Shown in pieces: positions 9,010 to 17,498 of a stretch of 64,000 bases of DNA; within the stretch, counting starts at the first letter, position 1, and every line of letters begins with the position of its first letter. Below the pieces are notes generated by a model, which saw only the letters and a program-made list of their open reading frames with translations, did not search any database and had not been told where the DNA came from. Location of the stretch: positions 53,002 through 117,001 of the forward strand of contig MHBG01000072.1 in NCBI GenBank assembly GCA_001804785.1. The letters are read 5' to 3'. The DNA is from Lentisphaerae bacterium GWF2_45_14. Its GTDB lineage: Bacteria; Verrucomicrobiota; Lentisphaeria; Victivallales; GWF2-45-14. Both the position numbers and the translations under genes were made by a program.

Positions 9010-9938
9010 TTTAAATCACTTTCATCAAAGAGCCACGTGCTTAAGTATCTTTCCCCGTTATCAGGCAGGAGCACCACGATTAGTTTCCCTGCATTTTCTT
9101 TGCGGTTCGCGACCTGGAGCGCTGCCCACAGAGCGGCGCCTGACGAGATTCCGACAAGGATGCCTTCTTGCCTGGCCAATTCACGCGAGGTCGTTCCCGC
9201 GTCTTCTTCCTTGACCGGGATTATTTCATCCACGATGTCTTTATTGTAAACATCAGGGACAAAGCCGGCGCCGATTCCCTGTATTCTGTGAGAGCCGGGC
9301 GCGCCGCCTGAAAGTACCGGGGATTTTTCGGGTTCCACCGCAATAACCTGTACCGAGCTTTTTCTTGCCTTAAGAACTTCGCCGACACCGGTAACTGTGC
9401 CCCCCGTACCCACTCCGGCTATGAATATGTCCACTTGCCCATCTGTGTCTTTCCAGATTTCTTCAGCAGTCGTCTTCCTGTGGATCTCTGGATTGGCAGG
9501 GTTGTTGAACTGCTGCGGTATGAAGGAGCCGGGAATTTCCTTTGCAAGCTCTTCAGCCTTGAGAATAGCGCCCTTCATGCCCTTCACGCCTTCGGTCAAA
9601 ACCAATTCCGCGCCGAATGCCTTCAGAAGCTTGCGCCGTTCGATACTCATTGTCTCGGGCATGGTCAGGATGAGTCTGTACCCCTTGACCGCAGCGATAT
9701 AAGCCAGTCCTATGCCTGTGTTGCCGCTGGTCGGCTCTATTATAACTGAATCTTTCTTCAGTATCCCTCTTTTCTCAGCGTCGTCAATCATGGCGAAGCC
9801 AATCCTGTCTTTGACGCTTGAGAGCGGATTGAAGTATTCCAGCTTAACTGCCACTGTCGCCGGACTCTTATTCAGTTTATTGATTTTGACGAGCGGAGTG
9901 TTCCCTATAAGTTCCGTGATGTCTTTTGCTATTTTCAT
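9006..9938 (-). CDS. cysK: Cysteine synthase A (O-acetylserine sulfhydrylase) family
   Basis: Motifs [19 protein letters not shown] (PLP-Lys) and [12 protein letters not shown]. The track start 9947 is GTG. ATG 9938 ([17 protein letters not shown]) is preceded by GAGGTGA at about 5 nt. Confidence 0.85.
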   Translation of the reverse strand: MKIAKDITELIGNTPLVKINKLNKSPATVAVKLEYFNPLSSVKDRIGFAMIDDAEKRGILKKDSVIIEPTSGNTGIGLAYIAAVKGYRLILTMPETMSIERRKLLKAFGAELVLTEGVKGMKGAILKAEELAKEIPGSFIPQQFNNPANPEIHRKTTAEEIWKDTDGQVDIFIAGVGTGGTVTGVGEVLKARKSSVQVIAVEPEKSPVLSGGAPGSHRIQGIGAGFVPDVYNKDIVDEIIPVKEEDAGTTSRELARQEGILVGISSGAALWAALQVANRKENAGKLIVVLLPDNGERYLSTWLFDESDLK

Positions 9939-9956
9939 GATACTCACCTCATTATT

Positions 9957-10400
9957 TTATATCGAATATGATATGCTTCCGTTTTCCATTTTATTCTTGT
10001 AGTCGTCTATTATCTTCTGGAGCGTTACGGCCTCGAGCACCTTGTATATCTCGCTCTGAAGCATCGACCATATATCCCTGGTGGGACAGAGGGCGAGGCG
10101 CTCACAGACGGATGAATTATTTACACACTCGACGGGACAGATGTCCCCTTCCAGCACTTCGACTATCTGCCGGACGGTGATTTCCGACGGCTTCTTGGCC
10201 AGAGTGTAGCCGCCGTGCGCGCCCCTTGACGCATTAATCAGCTTCGCCGCCTTCAGAGGTATGACCAGTTTGCTTAAGTATTTTTCTGACAGTGCCTGTC
10301 TTTCGGCGATATCTTTCAGGAAGACAGCACCTTTTTCATAGGCCAACGCAAGTTCGAACATTAACCTCAATCCATACCTGCTTCTTGTCGAAAGTTTCAT
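9957..10400 (-). CDS. Rrf2-family transcriptional regulator (CymR/IscR-like)
   Basis: 147 aa. MKLSTRSRYGLRLMFELA... winged-helix N-terminus typical of Rrf2. Cys residues at CPVECVNNSSVCERLALC. First gene of the sulfur operon. Confidence 0.85.
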   Translation of the reverse strand: MKLSTRSRYGLRLMFELALAYEKGAVFLKDIAERQALSEKYLSKLVIPLKAAKLINASRGAHGGYTLAKKPSEITVRQIVEVLEGDICPVECVNNSSVCERLALCPTRDIWSMLQSEIYKVLEAVTLQKIIDDYKNKMENGSISYSI

Positions 10401-10442
10401 GATAACTCCTTAATTGATACCAAAACACTCTCTTTAGTTATA

Positions 10443-10470
10443 ATTATATTCACGGACGGAATAAATGCAA
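10443..10470 (-). promoter_or_regulatory. Candidate sigma70-type promoter of the Rrf2-cysK...nadA operon
   Basis: The minus strand reads TTGCAT-N16-TATAAT (plus-strand atgcaa 10465..10470 and attata 10443..10448), about 40 nt upstream of the Rrf2 ATG. Confidence 0.45.
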
Positions 10471-10601
10471 CTATTTCTCTCCTTTTTTATCTTTTTTATC
10501 CATCCTGTCCCTCCTGTATATCTTGAAGGCTTGAAATGCCGGGGAACGAAATTATCTTAGAATGCCTACCGAAAAGATTGACAATTAAATTGGTTGTAGA
10601 G

Positions 10602-11375
10602 ATGAAAGAACTTAAAATAGCAGACAGGGTTTTTAGCAGCCGCCTTTTTCTGGGCAGTGGTAAATTCAGTTCCACTTCAGTTTTTCGTAAAGCCATCGCG
10701 GCCAGCGGAACTCAGTTGGTAACAGTCTCGTTGACACGAGTCGACTTGAACTCGCGGGAGACCGACAATATCCTTAGCGCTATTGACAGTGACGAGGTCC
10801 AGATTATGCTCAATACCTCAGGCGCAAGAAATGCCGATGAGGCATGCAGAATCGCTCAGTTCGGACGCGCCGCGGGATATAACTGGATAAAACTAGAGAT
10901 TCATCCCGACCCGACTTATCTCCTTCCGGACCCTATCGAGACTCTTATTGCCGCGGAAAAACTTGTCAAGGCGGGCTTTATAGTACTGCCGTACATCAAT
11001 GCCGATCCGGCTCTTGCCCAAAGACTTGAAGAGGTCGGCGTTCATACCGTGATGCCCCTCGGCGCACCTATCGGGTCGAACCAGGGACTTCAGACTGCCG
11101 CCATGCTCCGGATTATCATTGAGCAGTCCAATATTCCCGTAATCGTCGATGCCGGGATCGGTCTGCCGTCTCACGCCGCGGCGGCAATCGAAATGGGCGC
11201 CGACGCAGTGCTGGTAAATACGGCAATCGCCGCCGCTGATGACCCCGAAAAAATGGCTTGTGCATTCAAGCTCGCCGTCCAAAGCGCTGAAATGGGACGC
11301 GAGGCAGGACCCGCAGCACGAGGACTCGGTGCCAGCGCGACATCGCCCTTGGCTTCATTTAACGAAATATTTTAA
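10602..11375 (+). CDS. thiG: Thiazole synthase
   Basis: [22 protein letters not shown]... then [32 protein letters not shown] and VDAGIG: canonical ThiG. Start moved from 10536 to ATG 10602 on N-terminal family length. Confidence 0.9.
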   Translation: MKELKIADRVFSSRLFLGSGKFSSTSVFRKAIAASGTQLVTVSLTRVDLNSRETDNILSAIDSDEVQIMLNTSGARNADEACRIAQFGRAAGYNWIKLEIHPDPTYLLPDPIETLIAAEKLVKAGFIVLPYINADPALAQRLEEVGVHTVMPLGAPIGSNQGLQTAAMLRIIIEQSNIPVIVDAGIGLPSHAAAAIEMGADAVLVNTAIAAADDPEKMACAFKLAVQSAEMGREAGPAARGLGASATSPLASFNEIF

Positions 11376-11392
11376 TCCGAAGAAAATCAATC

Positions 11393-12505
11393 ATGTTCCC
11401 ATACCTTAAGATTAGTGAAGATGTTATACGCGCACGAATTATGAATGTAACTCCGCAATCGGTGGAGGCCGTGCTGAGAAAGAACGGGTGCGGATTCGAC
11501 GATCTTCTTGTTCTGCTTTCTCCCGCGGCGGCAGAATACCTTCCGCTTATGCGCGATAGCGCGGCGGTGTACCGGCGGATGTATTTCGGTAAAACCATTC
11601 AGCTCTACACCCCGCTTTACATCTCAAGCAGCTGCGTTAATGGGTGTACCTACTGCGACTTTAATTACGACAATTCATTGCCGAGAAAAACACTTTCCCT
11701 GTCACAGATTATCGATGAGGCCCGCGCCATTAAATCAATGGGAATCGACTCTCTGCTTATCGTCGCCGGAGAAGATCCGAATACTGTCACCCCTGATTTT
11801 CTGGAGCAGACAGCCGTCGAGATGAAGAAGATGTTTTCCCATCTTTCAATTGAGATAGCGCCTCAGAGCGAGGAAACTTACCGCCGCCTTCATAAGGCCG
11901 GAGTCGACGGATTGACGCTTTTTCAGGAAACATTCAACCGCGGGCGCTATGCGGAACTCCACCCCTTCGGCCCGAAACGCGATTACGACTACAGGCTTGA
12001 GGCTCTGCAACGTGGCGCCGCCGCCGGAATGCGTACCTTAGGCATGGCTTTTCTTCTTGGACTTTACGACTGGCGGATCGAGGCCGCGTCACTGGCGGCC
12101 CAGGCAATCTGGATTAAACGCAAATACTACCGGAGCAAAATCCAGTTTACTTTTCCGCGAATAACCTCGACAAGCTCTGGATTCATCCCGCCGGCTCCTG
12201 TCGGCGATGCGGAACTCGAACAGATGATATTGGCTTTCCGCATTGTTTTTCCCGAATACGATATGACGCTTTCAACCCGTGAGAATAAAGAATTTCGCGA
12301 CCGCGCCGCCATTACGTGTGCAAATAACATGAGCGCCGGTTCACTGGTTTCGCCGGGAGCCTACTGCGAACCAGTCGGAGAACTCGGTCAGTTTTCATTG
12401 AACGATACGCGGACCGTGGAGGAAATGATCCGCGATATGCGCGGACTCGGGCTGGAACCAGTTACAAAATACTGGGACAGCGCAATAATGACCCGAACCG
12501 CATGA
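11393..12505 (+). CDS. thiH: 2-iminoacetate synthase (tyrosine lyase), radical SAM
   Basis: 370 aa. Radical SAM CVNGCTYCDFN, ThiH/HydG-like length, immediately downstream of thiG. Confidence 0.85.
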   Translation: MFPYLKISEDVIRARIMNVTPQSVEAVLRKNGCGFDDLLVLLSPAAAEYLPLMRDSAAVYRRMYFGKTIQLYTPLYISSSCVNGCTYCDFNYDNSLPRKTLSLSQIIDEARAIKSMGIDSLLIVAGEDPNTVTPDFLEQTAVEMKKMFSHLSIEIAPQSEETYRRLHKAGVDGLTLFQETFNRGRYAELHPFGPKRDYDYRLEALQRGAAAGMRTLGMAFLLGLYDWRIEAASLAAQAIWIKRKYYRSKIQFTFPRITSTSSGFIPPAPVGDAELEQMILAFRIVFPEYDMTLSTRENKEFRDRAAITCANNMSAGSLVSPGAYCEPVGELGQFSLNDTRTVEEMIRDMRGLGLEPVTKYWDSAIMTRTA

Positions 12506-12648
12506 TGCCGACCCCATGATTAACCGGGGTAAATATTCATCCGGTGCAGATTTAACACAATCTCTAACTTACCACTAACAGCTTTTGTCAAATAATAGAT
12601 CCCTTGTTCTCTCTTTCCGGCATCTCTAATGTAGTAATAGTATATATA

Positions 12649-12664
12649 TTAATATAGAGCAATA
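12649..12664. repeat. Direct repeat copy 1 (TTAATATAGAGCAATA) in the AT-rich spacer
   Basis: 15/16 identical to 12714..12729. Both lie in the 272-nt AT-rich spacer upstream of the MTHFR-like gene. Confidence 0.6.
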
Positions 12665-12713
12665 TTATGATACCCAAGAGCAGTAATGAGCTAAATATGC
12701 TATTGACTCTAGC

Positions 12714-12729
12714 TTAATATGGAGCAATA
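12714..12729. repeat. Direct repeat copy 2 (TTAATATGGAGCAATA)
   Basis: 15/16 identical to 12649..12664, 65 nt downstream of copy 1 and 49 nt upstream of the GTG at 12778. Confidence 0.6.
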
Positions 12730-12777
12730 ATAGAATATGAAAGCTAAAGTATAGTTTATTGATATACAATAAATCAA

Positions 12778-13575
12778 GTGAAGGCTGCGAAAGTGAATTT
12801 AAACTATAAACGTTACAGACTTGAAGTGAGCCCGCCCAAGCAGGCCGTTAACCATTTATCTGAAAGACTTACCCGTTTTGACGAGAAATATAATAAAGCA
12901 GTTGATGCGGGGCACTGTGTATGTGTAACAGATAATGCCATGGGCAATCTTGCATTTCAGGGGCACGAACTGATTCAGGAATTAAAGCTGCCGGTGCGTT
13001 TCGGACAAGTGATGATCCATTTGAATACTTTTCATACACTCTCTGACCTGCATTGGATCCTTGACTCATGCGGGGAACTTGGGATAAAAGAAATACTCGT
13101 GGTTTCCGGTGATGGATCGGTGCGACTCCCTAAACTCAAACCCTCTGAGATCGACTGCGATTCCGCATCGGTCACCTCCGTGGAGCTGTTGGGATATATT
13201 AGAAAAATATATGGCAGTGCATTTATTCTCGGCGCGGCCTTTAACCAGTATGAACCGGAGGCGCATGAGATTCTCAAATTCAGGCGCAAAATAGAAGCCG
13301 GAGCTGAATTCATTGTAACTCAGCCGATGGTAGGGCGCAATGAATTGATAGAGAAGGTCATGAGCAAAACAAAAATTCCTTTCATCATAGAGGCATGGAT
13401 GTCCCCGAATATTAAGCTTCTATCGGATTGCATAGGCTATAGCATTGCCAGCGAGGATACTTTTGATCCTATGGCGTGTCTCGAATCTCTTCGTAACGCT
13501 TACCCAGCCAATGGATTTTATCTGGCGCTGCTCGACTTCAAAACGCAGTTCAATAACTTTCAGATAAAGGCATAA
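12778..13575 (+). CDS. Methylenetetrahydrofolate reductase-fold protein (MetF-like)
   Basis: 265 aa with a GTG start (uncertain; a second GTG is at 12793). By-eye collinearity with E. coli MetF: EVSPPK~EFFPPR, VCVTDNAMG~VSVTYGA, IHLN~PHLT, ILVVSGDG~IVALRGD, AAFNQYEPEA~AAYPEVHPEA, KIEAGAEFIVTQP~KVDAGANRAITQ. Confidence 0.7.
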   Translation: MKAAKVNLNYKRYRLEVSPPKQAVNHLSERLTRFDEKYNKAVDAGHCVCVTDNAMGNLAFQGHELIQELKLPVRFGQVMIHLNTFHTLSDLHWILDSCGELGIKEILVVSGDGSVRLPKLKPSEIDCDSASVTSVELLGYIRKIYGSAFILGAAFNQYEPEAHEILKFRRKIEAGAEFIVTQPMVGRNELIEKVMSKTKIPFIIEAWMSPNIKLLSDCIGYSIASEDTFDPMACLESLRNAYPANGFYLALLDFKTQFNNFQIKA

Positions 13576-13576
13576 A

Positions 13577-14368
13577 ATGAAAATAGTTGTCTGCATCAAA
13601 CAAGTTCCCGGTGTTTCAAGTGTCAAAATAGACCCTGAAACAAAGCGGCTGATAAGGGATGGGGTCATTTCTGTGATTAATCCTTTCGACTACTATGCGC
13701 TGGAGGAAGCGCTCCGCCTGCGCGAGCTGCATGGCGGAAGTGTTACGGTCCTCAGTATGGGGCCGCAAAAGGCAGAACAGTCTATCCGAGAAGCTCTTGC
13801 CTTCGGAGCTGATAATGCGGTGCTGCTCTGTGATAAGCATTTTGCCGGGTCTGATACATGGGGTACAAGCTATGTGTTGGCGCTGGCTGTCAGAAAAATT
13901 GGGGATGTTGACTTGGTGCTCTGCGGCAAACAAGCTATTGATGGCGATACCGCGCAGGTGGGGCCTGGAATAGCGGCACACATGAAGGATTGGCCTCACG
14001 CCGCTGGCGTTTCCGCTATAAACGGAATTGAAGACCATATGTTGAGTGTGAATCGTATGATTGATGGCGGTTACGATGAGTGTCTGTTAACGCTTCCTGC
14101 CGTCTTGTCAGTGATTAAAGAGATAAACGAACCACGAGTCGCAAGATTGAAAGGTTGGCTCAAGGCAGAACATTCTTTGATCGATATCTGGGATGCCGAC
14201 CAGATAGGGGCCGATGTAAATCTCCTTGGATTGAATGGATCACCGACGCGTGTGGTTAAAACGACGCCTCCGAAAAGCAGAGACAGAAAAACAACATTCT
14301 TTGATGGAAGCGAAGCTGAGAGTGCCGGAAAACTTCTGTATGAACTGAGAATAATCTCCGCCATTTAA
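13577..14368 (+). CDS. etfB: Electron transfer flavoprotein beta subunit (clostridial/bifurcating-type sequence signature)
   Basis: MKIVVCIKQVPGVSSVKIDPETKRLIRDGV...NPFDYYALEEAL...CGKQAIDGDTAQVGPGIAAH. Near-collinear with Acidaminococcus fermentans EtfB (MNIVVCVKQVPDT...GRQAIDGDTAQVGPEIAEH). Confidence 0.9.
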   Translation: MKIVVCIKQVPGVSSVKIDPETKRLIRDGVISVINPFDYYALEEALRLRELHGGSVTVLSMGPQKAEQSIREALAFGADNAVLLCDKHFAGSDTWGTSYVLALAVRKIGDVDLVLCGKQAIDGDTAQVGPGIAAHMKDWPHAAGVSAINGIEDHMLSVNRMIDGGYDECLLTLPAVLSVIKEINEPRVARLKGWLKAEHSLIDIWDADQIGADVNLLGLNGSPTRVVKTTPPKSRDRKTTFFDGSEAESAGKLLYELRIISAI

Positions 14369-14379
14369 GGAAGAATAAT

Positions 14380-15402
14380 ATGTATATAAGCAATTTTCAG
14401 GAAAGACGGAAATACAATGGGATATGGGTACTTTGCGAACTCCGCGAAGGACAGATAGTTTCGGTTTCGCTTGAGCTTCTGGGAGCAGCCGCGGAGCTGG
14501 CTGCCAAACGGCCTCAGGCTGTGACCGCGATAGTTCTCTGTGATAAATTCAATGATGGCATTTTGCAGGCTTTATGGGCGTGCGGTGCCGACAGAGTCAT
14601 TGCCGTTGAGGATTCTTCGTTGAAATATTTCAATGATGAAGACCAGGCCGCAGTATTGAAACGGCTCATTGAAAAATATTCGCCCGAAATACTTCTCGCC
14701 GGAGCGACTGCCGTCGGTCGGTCCTTGATTCCGAGAGTCGCCGTAATGTGTCATTGCGGACTTACCGCCGATTGTACCAGACTTGATATCGAAAATGAAA
14801 CGGGCGCGCTGCTTCAGACACGTCCGGCGTTCGGCGGTAATTTGATGGCTACAATACGGTCGGATTCTTTTCTTCCGCAGATCGCCACGGTCAGGCCGGG
14901 AGTAATGAACGCCGTAGAACCTCAGACCGGAAGAGTAGGCATACTGATAAAAGAAAAAATGCTTTTATCGGAACATATGGGACTGAAAAAAGTAATCGGG
15001 GAATTGAGAAGCGAAGGCCTCTCAAATTACTTCGGAAGCGCATCCTTCATAGTCGCCGGCGGTCGCGGGATGAAGGGGCCGGAAGGGTTCAAGCTTCTGG
15101 AACGTTTTGCATCGAAAATCGGAGGCGTGCTGGGTGCGACACGCGCAGCAGTGGATGCAGGATGGGCACCATATGGAATACAGATAGGACAGACCGGCAA
15201 AACAGTTCAACCTAGGATTTATTTGGCATGCGGTATTTCCGGTCAGGTTCAGCACCTCGTAGGAATGCAGTCAAGCGATATGATCATCGCGATAAATCAT
15301 GATCGGGAGGCCCCAATCATGAGTATAGCGGATATTGCCATAGTAGGAGATGTTTTTTCTGTAATATCCAGTTTGCTCGATGCACTGACTCCGGTCGCTT
15401 AA
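14380..15402 (+). CDS. etfA: Electron transfer flavoprotein alpha subunit
   Basis: 340 aa. Motifs GLTADCTRLDIENETGALLQTRPAFGGNLMATI, VRPGV, AGGRGM, ATRAAVDAGW, QIGQTGKTVQPRIYLACGISGQVQHLVGM and AINHDREAPI. Confidence 0.9.
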   Translation: MYISNFQERRKYNGIWVLCELREGQIVSVSLELLGAAAELAAKRPQAVTAIVLCDKFNDGILQALWACGADRVIAVEDSSLKYFNDEDQAAVLKRLIEKYSPEILLAGATAVGRSLIPRVAVMCHCGLTADCTRLDIENETGALLQTRPAFGGNLMATIRSDSFLPQIATVRPGVMNAVEPQTGRVGILIKEKMLLSEHMGLKKVIGELRSEGLSNYFGSASFIVAGGRGMKGPEGFKLLERFASKIGGVLGATRAAVDAGWAPYGIQIGQTGKTVQPRIYLACGISGQVQHLVGMQSSDMIIAINHDREAPIMSIADIAIVGDVFSVISSLLDALTPVA

Positions 15403-15427
15403 ACAACAACCTTAATGGAGAATTAAT

Positions 15428-16309
15428 ATGCACTATCAGGATTTGACAATTATCGGCGAACGTATAAATCCGGGGTTCGCAAGCTCCAAAGCACTTTTTG
15501 ACAACAGTGATATTGACGGAATCTGTAAACTAGCGACGGAACAAGTCCAAAAGGGTGCGAAACACCTCAATATCAATATCGGCGCAAGAGCCATGACCGA
15601 TTCGGAATTTATGAAAGAAATTATCCTGAGAGTGCAGGATACAGTCAATGTTCCATTATCCTTTGATTTTCCTAACATGGAAGTACAGGAGCTTTGCCTG
15701 AAGATTTACGACCACCAAAAGGCATGCGGGCAGAAACCGGTAATAAATTCGATTAGTGAGCTTCGCTGGGAAATGACTGAACTCCTAAAAATCAGGCCGT
15801 GCAGAGTTTTGCTGATGGCCTCTGAACGCAGTGAGAACGGTGAAAAAATCGCCAATAAAACAGCCGATGAAGTTTTGGAAACAGCACGGCGCATGGTTAA
15901 AAAACTTACCGGATCCCACGGACTTTCAAACGATGATATTTTTATTGATGTTTCTGTCGGGCCTGTTGCTGTTGATATGGAAGGGCTGACCCGCATGGCG
16001 ATACAAGCCATCCGCAAAATAGGGTCATGCCCTGACATGAAGGGAGTACACATGTCTGTCGGGCTTTCAAATATCAGTATTATGGTACCGCCAAAAGCTC
16101 TTGACGGAAGCCCTCTTAAAGTTTTACTTGAGTCGGCGTTCCTGACAAATACGGTGCCCCATGGTCTTGATACTATAATTGGGACAGCGGGGAGAAACTA
16201 TCAATTTCTGGATAGCGACAATTTTGTATTACAGGGCTTCAATGAGGCCATGCAGTTGGATGATGTCGAATCAATTATGCGGATACAGCAGCTTTATAAG
16301 GAGGCATAA
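15428..16309 (+). CDS. Pterin-binding domain protein (methyl-H4folate methyltransferase, MeTr/AcsE/MetH-pterin-like)
   Basis: 293 aa. The hallmark LTIIGERINPGF start, then LNINIG, VINSIS, FIDVSVGP and VGLSN, collinear with Moorella MeTr (LIIGERING...LDLNVG...INSTN...IDPL...LGLSN). Confidence 0.75.
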   Translation: MHYQDLTIIGERINPGFASSKALFDNSDIDGICKLATEQVQKGAKHLNINIGARAMTDSEFMKEIILRVQDTVNVPLSFDFPNMEVQELCLKIYDHQKACGQKPVINSISELRWEMTELLKIRPCRVLLMASERSENGEKIANKTADEVLETARRMVKKLTGSHGLSNDDIFIDVSVGPVAVDMEGLTRMAIQAIRKIGSCPDMKGVHMSVGLSNISIMVPPKALDGSPLKVLLESAFLTNTVPHGLDTIIGTAGRNYQFLDSDNFVLQGFNEAMQLDDVESIMRIQQLYKEA

Positions 16310-17464
16310 ATGAAAGCGGAGAGCGAGATATTGGAAGTTAAGAGTTTTTTCGATGGAAAGAAACTCCATGATAAAGGGCCATATACTATTTTAGTTTCAA
16401 ATGGCAGATATCATTCCATCCTCAAAGGTACAGCTGATGAAAATTTCTTAAACCTCATGGACGCTTTCCGGCACGGGAAAGTTGTCAGGAAACTGGGGAA
16501 TTTTATAATGCCTTCGATGGTCGAGTCGCATTGCCATATCTTTCTCGACGGCGATGAACTGGACGCGCAAAAGCGTTCGGCCTATCTGAAATCGCCGCGT
16601 GAAAAATTAGTGGAAACCGCATGGCGAAACATAGAAAAATATCGTGCGAAAGGAATAAGGACAATAAGGGATGCCGGAGATATTCATGGAATCAACAACG
16701 GACTAAGGGACATTCTTAAGAATTCAGATATGACTGTTATAAGCGCAGGGAGGGGCATTCGAAAGAAAAAGCGTTACGGAAGTTTCATGGCGCACGAAGT
16801 CGAGGATAGTTGCGACATTAGAGATGCTATAAAAAAAATAGCGGAAACCGCCGATACCGTAAAGATAATATTGACCGGAATAATCGATTTTGAAAATGGT
16901 ACAGTAAAAGATCCATTCCAATTTGACGCGGATGAAATGCGCCTGATAGTCGAAATATCACATTCTCTGGGACTTAAGACGTTCGTGCATTGCAGCGGAA
17001 AAGACGGACTCAGGATTGCCGTCGAATCAGGAGTCGATTCCATCGAGCACGGCTTTTTCATGAGTGAAGACATACTTGAACAGATGGCTTTGAAAAAAAT
17101 AGCATGGTCACCGACTTTCATTCCTGTCCATTTCCAATATGCTTTTCCGGAATACTGCGGATGGAATCCAGCAACGGTCGATAAACTCAACGCCATACTT
17201 GAAAACCACAGCATTCATCTGTGCAAAGCCCATAAGATGGGTATATCGATACTTGCCGGCTCCGACGGCGGTAGTTATGGAGTAAAGCACGGAGAGGGAC
17301 TTTTTGAAGAACTGGCTTTGATGCGTAAAGCGGGATTGCCGCATGATGCCGTCTTGAACGCCGCCACCCTTGCGCCGAGGGAACACTTTGGCTTGGCCTC
17401 AAACGCAATATCAATAGGCAATAAAGCTGATTATATTTGCCTTGAAAAATTCCCTCTGGCTTGA
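16310..17464 (+). CDS. Metal-dependent amidohydrolase (COG1228-like)
   Basis: 384 aa. HxH in PSMVESHCHIFLDG, later FVHCSG, IEHGFF and LAGSDGG metal/active-site positions. The start abuts the upstream stop (TAAATG). Confidence 0.75.
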   Translation: MKAESEILEVKSFFDGKKLHDKGPYTILVSNGRYHSILKGTADENFLNLMDAFRHGKVVRKLGNFIMPSMVESHCHIFLDGDELDAQKRSAYLKSPREKLVETAWRNIEKYRAKGIRTIRDAGDIHGINNGLRDILKNSDMTVISAGRGIRKKKRYGSFMAHEVEDSCDIRDAIKKIAETADTVKIILTGIIDFENGTVKDPFQFDADEMRLIVEISHSLGLKTFVHCSGKDGLRIAVESGVDSIEHGFFMSEDILEQMALKKIAWSPTFIPVHFQYAFPEYCGWNPATVDKLNAILENHSIHLCKAHKMGISILAGSDGGSYGVKHGEGLFEELALMRKAGLPHDAVLNAATLAPREHFGLASNAISIGNKADYICLEKFPLA

Positions 17465-17498
17465 AGTTATTCATATATTCGGTTACTATATTTGTCCA

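Noticed and set aside
10401-10601. Expected TPP (THI-box) riboswitch upstream of thiG-thiH
   Set aside because: I looked on both strands for the invariant CUGAGA and ACCUGAUCUGGAUAAUGCCAGCG-like elements and found neither. The region instead carries a divergent promoter for the Rrf2 operon.
12703-12720. TTGACT and TAATAT hexamers that look like -35/-10 boxes
   Set aside because: They are separated by only 6 nt, incompatible with a sigma70 promoter. They are probably just AT-rich sequence plus the direct repeat.
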